Source: Acidobacteriota bacterium
GTDB lineage: Bacteria; Acidobacteriota; Thermoanaerobaculia; Multivoradales; UBA5704
Length of the DNA stretch: 64,000 nucleotides
Reading direction: 5' to 3'
Assembly (NCBI GenBank): GCA_040005235.1
Contig: JBDTZG010000013.1
Span: 32,001 to 96,000, forward strand
The notes under the pieces were generated by a model. That model made no database searches. It was not told the DNA's origin and saw only the letters and a program-made list of their open reading frames with translations. Numbering within the stretch: position 1 is the stretch's first letter; each line of letters starts with the position of its first letter. Shown one piece after another: positions 57,129 to 64,000 of the stretch. Position numbers and translations under genes: made by a program.

Positions 57129-57503
57129 TCCGTCTGAACCTAGGTTTCGACGCCCGAGACTTTTGTCTCGATCGTTCAGACCTGGATCGCGACACACAAG
57201 ACCTAGCTCTGAGCCATCCAGACCTGGATCGCAACGGTCGGGACCAAGGTCTGAGTCGCCCAGACCAGGTCCGAGCTGTCCAGACTTGGATCGCGACACC
57301 GGAGACTTTGGTCCGCGTCGTTCAGGCCTAGATCGCGACATCCTCGACCTAGGTCTGAGCCATCCGGACCTGGACCACGACGGTCTGGATCAAGGCCTGA
57401 ACCGCCAGACCTGGATCGCAACGCCTCAGGCCTCGGTCCCGACCGTTCAGGCTTTGGTCGGAGTCGTCCAGACCTGGATCGTGATGAGCCAGGTGCGGAT
57501 CGG
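57129..57503. repeat. Degenerate 21-bp tandem array (~18 units), core cagacctggatcgc
   Basis: Units such as atcgttcagacctggatcgcg, gccatccagacctggatcgca, gtcgtccagacctggatcgtg; occasional 20-bp units. Confidence 0.8.
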
Positions 57504-57528
57504 GCCGCGAAAACCTAGCCCAGGGCAG

Positions 57529-57833
57529 GCGGCCTGAAAGGCCGGGAGAACCCAGCCCAGGGCTGAGGCCGAAGGCCGATGCCCTGGGTTGAAAGAAAGA
57601 CCCCACAGAAAGGCGGCCTGAAAGGCCGCGAGAGTTTTCAGGCCCCACGTAGCGCTCGCCAAATTCTATTTCATAGGCATCGGTGAACGCACGGCAGGGC
57701 GTGCGGATTTGTTAAACCTGGGGTTCTCGCGGCCTTTCAGGCCGCCGGGAGGTGGTGACGTGCCCCTTGACCCAGGGCATCGGCCTTCGGCCTCAGCCCT
57801 GGGCTGGGTTCTCCCGGCCCGTTGGGCCGGGCC
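57529..57833. repeat. Large REP/MITE-like nested inverted-repeat element
   Basis: Perfect 50-bp IR (57540-57589 / 57770-57819) enclosing a perfect 22-bp IR (57612-57633 / 57725-57746); recurrent ggcctgaaaggcc hairpins. Confidence 0.85.
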
Positions 57834-58718
57834 TCAATGGTTTTCAATGTCGTACACGACCCACTTTTCGGGCGTCCACCGGAGCACCTGTGCGGAAAGT
57901 GGATAGGATTCCAGGCTCAGAACCTCCTGCATCTTCCTCCGGAAATGAGCCAAGACGCTCCGGTCCGACCTGCTCCCCACGAAGAACACGAAATCGCGGC
58001 TCGGTGCGCTCACAAGCAGCTCGCCTTTTACCTCTTGGGCGAGCGCGCGCCAACGGTGATGTAGAAGGAGCCGACTCGCCTCGTAGTTATCGCCCGCGTG
58101 GATAACGTGTATCGGTGAACCCTCTTCGATGGGCTCGTGGGGGAAATCGGTTATGGCGGCCTCGAGATTCGCCAGCGCGAGCGTGTCGAGCTCTTCCTCT
58201 GTGATCTTCAGTTTCGCGAGGTCTCCCTTGTGTACGCCGACTATGTTGTCAGGGCGGTCGAAGACGTATACTTTCCAAAGATCTCCGACAAATGGGCGTG
58301 CTACCGGGACCCCGCCCTTCTTTTTGAAGTCATCGATCCAACTCTTGGTTTTCACCGTTGCCCTGAGTGCTTCGCGGCTCGGCGCCGGTAGTTTTCCACA
58401 CTCACTGGCTGTCCTAACATGATGATCAATGGAGGAGCTGCATGCCTCCGGACGCAGATTGCATTCTTTCCACAATGTGTCGAGCCCAGAAGTTGAGTTG
58501 GTTCCATCCGGGCATTGGATCTCCAACGTTAGGGGTGCAGACACTCGAACAGTTAGAGCTGACGTTTTCCTGAGCTCCTCTGCCACATGCTCTGTAAACG
58601 AGGTCTCATCTTTAAATCCGCTGTCGCGGCCAACGCAAGAAGCAGTGACAATTAAGACAAAGGGTAGAATCAAGAACTTACCGCCGCGCCAGCTGTAGGC
58701 TTCCGTCTCTTTGGGCAT
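57834..58718 (-). CDS. DUF1444-like putative lipoprotein with an antitoxin-derived N-terminus; lower GC
   Basis: Lipobox-like 'TASC'; 'YVFDRPD', 'LALANL', 'GDNYEASRLL', 'PSRD'. First 11 codons resemble the antitoxin at 56771. Confidence 0.7.
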   Translation of the reverse strand: MPKETEAYSWRGGKFLILPFVLIVTASCVGRDSGFKDETSFTEHVAEELRKTSALTVRVSAPLTLEIQCPDGTNSTSGLDTLWKECNLRPEACSSSIDHHVRTASECGKLPAPSREALRATVKTKSWIDDFKKKGGVPVARPFVGDLWKVYVFDRPDNIVGVHKGDLAKLKITEEELDTLALANLEAAITDFPHEPIEEGSPIHVIHAGDNYEASRLLLHHRWRALAQEVKGELLVSAPSRDFVFFVGSRSDRSVLAHFRRKMQEVLSLESYPLSAQVLRWTPEKWVVYDIENH

Positions 58719-58789
58719 GCGTCACAGCGTAATACGCTCTCTTTGGCGTGGCAATCGGGTAAGCGGTCCCCCAGGTTCGCCGCCCCGAC

Positions 58790-60307
58790 CTACCTTCGCG
58801 ACCAAGCCAGCCAGCGTCGACTGAGCCTCGCGAGACGCGGCGTGAGCCGGGTCCGTTGGTAGGCGTCTGCCGCCTTGCGGATCGCTTCCGCCTGGGTGGG
58901 GTAGGAGTGGATCACCTGGGAGAGCGTCTCGAGGCCGATCCCGGCGACCATGGCGAGCGAGATCTCGTTGATCATCTCGCCCGCGTGGCGCGCGACGATG
59001 GTGGCTCCCAGGATCGTGTCCGTTCCTTTGCGGACGTGGATTTTGACGAAACCTTCCTCGTCGCCGTCGAGCACGGCGCGATCCGATTCGCTCATCGGCA
59101 CGGTAAAGGTCATCATGCGGAAGCCCCGCTCGCGCGCTTCGTCCACGTAGGCCCCCACGTGGGCGATTTCCGGATCGGTATAAGTACACCAGGGGACGGT
59201 GAGCGAGCTCAAGCGCTTCCGCCCCCAAAACAGCGCGTTTTGGATCACCAGCCGTGCGGTGGCGTCCGCCATGTGGGTGTACTTTTGCTCCAGCGCCACG
59301 TCGCCCGCGGCATAGATGCGCGGGTGGGTCGTCTGGAGAAAATCGTTCACCCGGACGCCGCGCTCCCGGTCGTACTCGACGCCGGCCGCTTCGAGGTTCA
59401 GCCCGAGGACGTTCGGCGCGCGGCCCACGCCGACCAGGATCTCGTCCGCGGCGACCGTCGTGTCCTGGTCGTTGTTGATCAGCCGCAGGCGCTTTTCGCC
59501 GCGGTCCAAAACGACGCTTCGGACGGTGGTGTTCAAACGGACGTCGATCCCGTCGCGCCGCAACGACTCGGCCAGAATCTCCGCGGCGTCTCGCTCCTCG
59601 TCGGGCAGAAAGTAGGGCGTTTGGTGGGCGATGATCACCTCGCAGCCCAGCCGGGCGAACGCTTGCGCCAGCTCGCAGCCGAGCGGACCGCCGCCGATCA
59701 CGAGCAGCCGCCGCGGACGCGCGGTGAGGTTGAAAACCGTTTCGTTCGTCAGATACCCGGCCGCCTCGATTCCCTCGATCTCCGGCCGCGCGGCGCGCGA
59801 GCCCGTGGCGATCACGGCTTTTTTAAACGCGAGCCTCGCCCCCGCCACCTCGATGTGGTTTCGATCGAGGAAGCCGGCCTCGCCCAAGAACACGTCGATC
59901 CCCAGCCCCCGCAGGCGTTCGGCCGAATCGCGCCGGGCCAGCTGCGCGCGCAGCCGGCGCATGCGCTCCATCGCCGCGGCAAAATCCGCCTCTGAAGGGA
60001 GTCGCTCGCCGCCGGTGAACGTGCCCGCATGATCCAGGTCGGCATAGAACCGCCCGGAGCGCAGAAGGGCTTTCGAAGGGACGCAGCCGAAGCTCAGGCA
60101 ATCTCCCCCCAGCAGGTTCTTTTCGATCAGCGCCACCTTCGCCCCGAGCCCCGCGGCGCCCACCGCCGTCACTAGTCCGGCGGTTCCGCCGCCCACGACC
60201 ACCAGGTTGTAGCAACGAGCGGGTGGCGGGTTGATCCAATCCGCCGGGCGCACCCGGGCCAACAGCTCGGCGTCGTGCGCGTCGTTTGGCAAGACGGCAG
60301 GGTTCAT
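58790..60307 (-). CDS. Pyridine nucleotide-disulfide oxidoreductase (mercuric reductase/dihydrolipoamide dehydrogenase-like)
   Basis: 'VVGGGTAG', redox 'GGDCLSFGCVPSK', 'IGGGPLG', 'YAAGD', 'TYTDPE', 'HSYPT'. No C-terminal Cys-Cys. Confidence 0.92.
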   Translation of the reverse strand: MNPAVLPNDAHDAELLARVRPADWINPPPARCYNLVVVGGGTAGLVTAVGAAGLGAKVALIEKNLLGGDCLSFGCVPSKALLRSGRFYADLDHAGTFTGGERLPSEADFAAAMERMRRLRAQLARRDSAERLRGLGIDVFLGEAGFLDRNHIEVAGARLAFKKAVIATGSRAARPEIEGIEAAGYLTNETVFNLTARPRRLLVIGGGPLGCELAQAFARLGCEVIIAHQTPYFLPDEERDAAEILAESLRRDGIDVRLNTTVRSVVLDRGEKRLRLINNDQDTTVAADEILVGVGRAPNVLGLNLEAAGVEYDRERGVRVNDFLQTTHPRIYAAGDVALEQKYTHMADATARLVIQNALFWGRKRLSSLTVPWCTYTDPEIAHVGAYVDEARERGFRMMTFTVPMSESDRAVLDGDEEGFVKIHVRKGTDTILGATIVARHAGEMINEISLAMVAGIGLETLSQVIHSYPTQAEAIRKAADAYQRTRLTPRLARLSRRWLAWSRR

Positions 60308-61587
60308 CGTAAAGACCTCCCGCGGCCCTTGCGAAATCCTGCCCGGCGGAGCCCGGTGGCGAGCGCCGGACAATCGCGCATCAGGTTCCAGAGAAGCCCC
60401 GAGCGGAAGTTTTCGATCATGATCGCCACAGGTCCCTGGTCCAGACCGTAGTGCTCGGGAGAGAGCCAGCCGGCGGGACCTCCGTCCCCGGTTTCGAACG
60501 TCGGATTGAAGCTGGTGAGAAGCCCGTCCCGAAGCACTTCCGGATAGGTGTCCCGAACGTGCTCTAGGGCGGGCAAGACGATCTCCGGCGCGAACGGCAG
60601 GGAGGCGGCCACCGCCCAGGGCGCGAGCGTGCCATCGTCCGGACCGAACGGGACGCCCCGGGCGACATAGCCGTAGAACTGCCGCTCGATGCCCCCCTTC
60701 TCTTGGCGTCGCACGAAGGCCGGGCCGGGGCCGGCGGTGATGCCCCAGTTGTTCTCGCCGTATCCCTTGAAACTCTTCGGATTGCGCATTCCGTACCGCT
60801 GCTGCACCTGCGTCGCGCGGCGGCTGTTCTCGAAGTAATCGGAGCGCAGATCGCTCATCAGCTGGTCCTGGATGTCGCGAAAGTCGACCCAAAGGTGCGA
60901 CAGCTGATGGATGAACAGTGGGCCGGCGAAAAGAAACTCGATGTCGTAGAGGTTCTCCCACTGGTAGGTCGCGGTCCAAGCCTTATAGCTTTCCGCGGGG
61001 AGCGGATGCGTGGGCGAGCCGAGTCCCAGCAGATAGAGCAGTAGCGCCTCGCTGTACCCCTCCCAGCTATAGGTCAGAAATCCGGTCTCCGGTTTCCAGC
61101 CCATCGAGACGACGCGCCGGTCGCGCGCGGCCCAGGCCCAATCGACGCGCTCGTAGAGGAACCGCGAGATCTCGCGGATCTCCCGCTCGTCGTCCGAAGC
61201 CGCCGAGAAATAGCTTCCGGAAGAGAGCACGCCCGCGATCAGGATCGTGGTGTCGATCATCGACAGCTCGCAATTCCAAACCCGCCGGCCGCTCGCCATG
61301 TCGAGGAAGTGGTAGTAAAAGCCCCGATGCCCGGTGGCGTCCGGCTCTTCGCCCTGCGGGCTGTCGCGGAAGAACCGAAGGGCCGCGAGCGTTCGCGCCG
61401 CCGCGTCGGACCGGGAGAGAAAACCGCGTTCCACCCCGACCAGAAACGCCGAAAGTCCCAGCCCGACGGCCGCGATACTGCACGGCGAGCCTTCACGCGA
61501 GCTGTCGGCGATCAGCCCGTTGGAGAGATTGCCCGCCCGCAGGAAGTAGCCCACGGCGTCCCGCGACAGCTGTTCGAGATCCACCAC
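60304..61587 (-). CDS. Glucoamylase-family protein (GH144-like beta-1,2-glucanase)
   Basis: 'SIAAVGLGL', 'GFYYHFLDM', 'ELSMIDT', 'GYSEA', 'GPLFIHQLSH', 'DDGTLAP', 'GLDQGP', 'IENFRSG'. Start GTG 61587 or ATG 61662. Confidence 0.88.
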   Translation of the reverse strand: MVDLEQLSRDAVGYFLRAGNLSNGLIADSSREGSPCSIAAVGLGLSAFLVGVERGFLSRSDAAARTLAALRFFRDSPQGEEPDATGHRGFYYHFLDMASGRRVWNCELSMIDTTILIAGVLSSGSYFSAASDDEREIREISRFLYERVDWAWAARDRRVVSMGWKPETGFLTYSWEGYSEALLLYLLGLGSPTHPLPAESYKAWTATYQWENLYDIEFLFAGPLFIHQLSHLWVDFRDIQDQLMSDLRSDYFENSRRATQVQQRYGMRNPKSFKGYGENNWGITAGPGPAFVRRQEKGGIERQFYGYVARGVPFGPDDGTLAPWAVAASLPFAPEIVLPALEHVRDTYPEVLRDGLLTSFNPTFETGDGGPAGWLSPEHYGLDQGPVAIMIENFRSGLLWNLMRDCPALATGLRRAGFRKGRGRSLR

Positions 61588-61663
61588 GCGGGAGAGTGTA
61601 TCGGGGCTCGTGGCCCGCGGGGCAGGTCTAGAGGTGATTGGCCAGGTTTGCGCCGGACCCATG

Positions 61664-61702
61664 AAAAGAAAAAGGGGTGAGGCCCGCGAAGCCTCACCCC
61701 TC
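61664..61702 (-). terminator. Intrinsic terminator
   Basis: Minus strand AGGGGTGAGGC-ttcgcgg-GCCTCACCCCT followed by TTTTCTTTT. Confidence 0.85.
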
Positions 61703-61816
61703 AGACGACAAATTACGACGATCTGGATCTCGATCTCGGCTTGGACCGTTGGGTGTGTCCTGCCTGCAGGCCGCGGGAGCTCCCTTTGGACGGTGCGCAC
61801 GGCACACCCTGCGAGA

Positions 61817-62179
61817 TCAGACTTCAGGTGCAGGCTTCACCTTCGGTTTACGACCGCGCTTGGCCCGATGCTCGGAGCGGATGTTGAAGCTTTCGAGCAG
61901 CGGGTTGGCGAAGCCGTAGTGCGAGCGGGCGGCTGCCGCGAAGAGGCGGAAGGCGGCGCCTGCCTTTTTGTTCTGCTGCTGGCGCAGGATCACCAGATCC
62001 GTGAGCTTGGCGCGCAGTAGCTGAATGCTCTCCTGGGAAGTGCGGAGGGAATCGACCTGCTGCCGGATTTCGGCGAGGTGTCCTTCGCCGCCCGGAATGG
62101 TCGGGGCCAACTCCTGGATGTTTTGTACCGCGACGTCGCACTGGTTGATCCGATTGGCAAAACTGGTGTCTCGCAACAT
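61817..62179 (-). CDS. Small helical/coiled-coil hypothetical protein with basic tail
   Basis: Strong SD AAGGAGAAGG; 120 aa; followed by a terminator. Confidence 0.75.
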   Translation of the reverse strand: MLRDTSFANRINQCDVAVQNIQELAPTIPGGEGHLAEIRQQVDSLRTSQESIQLLRAKLTDLVILRQQQNKKAGAAFRLFAAAARSHYGFANPLLESFNIRSEHRAKRGRKPKVKPAPEV

Positions 62180-62371
62180 GTCCTTCTCCTTGTAGAAAAC
62201 GTACCGCGGAATGCGGCCCGGTGGTGCCGATGGAAGATGGAACCGGCGGCTGCGGTCCCCGCGAGACAGACCCTAAGGGACACACTCCTGAGAAAACGAT
62301 AGGTCGGCGAAGATTCTTTTTCGCGGGGCTCTCGGGGGCGGATACAGGAGCTCCGGCAAGGGTTAAACAAG

Positions 62372-62581
62372 CCCCGAATTCGAATTCGCGATCTGGGAAA
62401 TGGAATTCGGCGCTCCCGAAATGGAATTCGCCGGTCAGGAAATGGATTTCGGGATTCCCGAAATGGAATTCGCGAGCCCCGAATTCGAATTCGCCAGTCA
62501 GGAAATGGAATTCGGGACTGCCGAAATGGAATTCGGCAGCCAACTCGCCAAATTCGGCGGGCTGGATTTCGTTCTCCACGA
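62372..62581. repeat. 21-bp tandem array (~10 units), core gaaatggaattcg
   Basis: Units ctgggaaatggaattcggcgc, tcccgaaatggaattcgccgg, tcaggaaatggatttcgggat and similar. Confidence 0.9.
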
Positions 62582-62616
62582 TCGACGGGTAGGTCGCGTC
62601 GTTCATCACGCGGCAC

Positions 62617-62716
62617 ACCCTACAGAATCGGGAGATGCACTTTCCAGCGCAAAATCGAGCATAGGCCCTATGCTCGATTTTTGCCCTTGAATTCGTACGC
62701 CGAGGTGGGGTACCCT
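62617..62716. promoter_or_regulatory. Divergent promoter pair around a perfect palindromic operator (copy 2)
   Basis: AAAATCGAGCATAGG-C-CCTATGCTCGATTTT at 62651-62681. Minus strand TGGAAA-N18-TAGGGT; plus strand TTGAAT-N18-TACCCT. Confidence 0.7.
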
Positions 62717-62880
62717 CCGCGGCCCTTTTTGGGCGACCCCTCCAGCAGGCCCTGCTTCCGCCGCCCTATTTCGAGAGCCGACTCTGCAAATTTTCACAAT
62801 CTTCGTCGCACAATCTGAACGCCCTGGGAGTGGAATCCGAGCCGCTCGACGAAAACCTGTGGCTCGCCTTGGATGCGGGG

Positions 62881-63609
62881 TTACGGCCGAACTGAAGAGG
62901 TCGCCGTCCCTGTGGCCTTACCGCCCTGCCCCGCCCGGTCAGCGAGATCGCGAATCCCGCGGTTGTCGATCAACTGGCCGCGCAGATCCTCCCGCGTCGC
63001 CTGGAGCATCGCCTTGCCGAGATCCTTCCCCGAGATGTAAAGGCTGCGGATCGGGCTCAGCAGGGGGTAGAGCGGACGAAAGATTTTGTAGATCCGCGGT
63101 TCGCTCTTCGAAGGGATGCCGTCGATCGCGGCCGGGCGCCAGCGGCAGGTGTCCGGATCGAGGGCCAGAAGGTCGCGCTCGGTTTCGGCTTTGACCCGCG
63201 CCCACATCATCCGGCTGTCGAGGCTCGCGGATTGGCCGCTGATGAAGTGGAAGACCGCCTGCGGGCTTTTCGCTTTCAACACCCGCGCGGCGGCGAGGGC
63301 GAAATCGTGGGTGATCTTTCGATACTCCGGCTCGCCTGAAACTTGAGTGACCGAGATGCCGAGGCAGTAGAAACAGGCATCGACCCCGGCGAACGCCTCT
63401 TCCACCGCCGAGTAGTCGAGATAGTCGGAATGGAGGATCACGCGCAGCTTTCCCGGATCGATCCCTTCTTCCAGCTCCGGCGTGCGGCGCACGAGGGCGC
63501 GGACTTCGGTGACGAACGGGCTCGCGAGGCAGACGCGGAGGGTACTGCCGCCGGCCGAGCCGGTCGCGCCGAAGAGTAGGATTTTAAGCGGACGATTCGT
63601 AGCGGCCAT
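62881..63609 (-). CDS. NAD(P)-binding Rossmann protein (atypical SDR/epimerase)
   Basis: 'ILLFGATGSAG', 'DACFYCLG', 'WARVKAETE'. Confidence 0.88.
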   Translation of the reverse strand: MAATNRPLKILLFGATGSAGGSTLRVCLASPFVTEVRALVRRTPELEEGIDPGKLRVILHSDYLDYSAVEEAFAGVDACFYCLGISVTQVSGEPEYRKITHDFALAAARVLKAKSPQAVFHFISGQSASLDSRMMWARVKAETERDLLALDPDTCRWRPAAIDGIPSKSEPRIYKIFRPLYPLLSPIRSLYISGKDLGKAMLQATREDLRGQLIDNRGIRDLADRAGQGGKATGTATSSVRP

Positions 63610-63722
63610 GGCGCTCGATTGTAGCGCCCGAGGCGTTAAGATCGGCGGGTTCCAAGCGTTCCCAAAGTCGGTCGAGCCGAGGTGACCGTCCGCCTTGCTC
63701 ATGCACTGGAGGGAGACTCTCC

Positions 63723-64000
63723 ATGATCGCTGCGCGTCGATTCGCGAAGGTTCTTCAACGTGGGCTGGTCCCCTCGGTGGCGCTGGTCGCCGCCCTCTCG
63801 TTCCTCTCGGCCTGTGGCGGAAAAGCCCCGGAGGCCGAGCCTGCGGCAAAGGAAACCGCCCCCGCTCCAGCTCCTGCTCCAGCTCCTGCCGCACAGGCCG
63901 CCTCGGCCTCGAACCAGCCGTGCCCGAACCCGCCCAAGTGCGGCACGGGTTGCAGCAACACGCCCTACGAACCCACCGACTGCTGGACGACATCCTACGG
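63723..64000 (+). CDS. Cys-rich lipoprotein, runs off the window end
   Basis: SD GGAGGGAG; MIAARRFAKVLQRGLVPSVALVAALSFLSA|CGGK lipobox; PAPAPA linker; 'CPNPPKCGTGC...DCW'. Confidence 0.75.
   Translation, partial: MIAARRFAKVLQRGLVPSVALVAALSFLSACGGKAPEAEPAAKETAPAPAPAPAPAAQAASASNQPCPNPPKCGTGCSNTPYEPTDCWTTSY

Noticed and set aside
58790-60307. Mercuric reductase merA / mer operon
   Set aside because: No C-terminal Cys-Cys, no NmerA domain, and no merR/T/P nearby.
61751-62289. 5'-3' long-range pairing (GUGUGUCC with GGACACAC) as in type I toxin mRNAs
   Set aside because: Only 8 bp, which can occur by chance, and the encoded protein is not a small hydrophobic toxin.
62372-62581. Possible CRISPR array (also considered for 6535-6752 and 57129-57503)
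   Set aside because: Units are contiguous 21-mers with no 25-45 bp unique spacers, and no cas genes are present.

Overview
High-GC bacterial chromosome segment. The gene content (CHAT-TPR protease, HTH/TPR modules, a 'PCRxLDTR...DVNGYF' surface domain, an 'LKAERIQ' PCD-like paralog) suggests Acidobacteriota, probably Thermoanaerobaculia; this is inference, not a search result. A housekeeping core (ruvA, ppiD, mreBCD-mrdA-rodA-rng, about 42-53 kb) is flanked by accessory DNA. Main highlights: (1) a lasso-peptide-like RiPP operon at 6.8-17.5 kb (Asn-synthetase-like cyclase, 58-aa precursor with YxxPxL leader and G1...E8 core, secreted gingipain-like C25 protease, HPr-kinase-like kinase, FG-GAP/VCBS protein) with no B1/B2 leader-processing genes in the window; (2) a candidate peptide-signalling locus at 32.8-37.5 kb, where a small exported peptide with a repeated GMxVDPSG motif lies among TPR-like proteins and XRE regulators; (3) two copies, 36.7 kb apart, of a ~100-bp back-to-back promoter pair around a perfect TCGAGCATAGG-N-CCTATGCTCGA palindrome with identical spacing; (4) three degenerate ~21-bp tandem arrays, REP-like palindromes, decayed or shuffled TA modules, and many apparently leaderless genes. 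No rRNA, tRNA, CRISPR array or transposase was recognised. All functional calls come from visual motif recognition.
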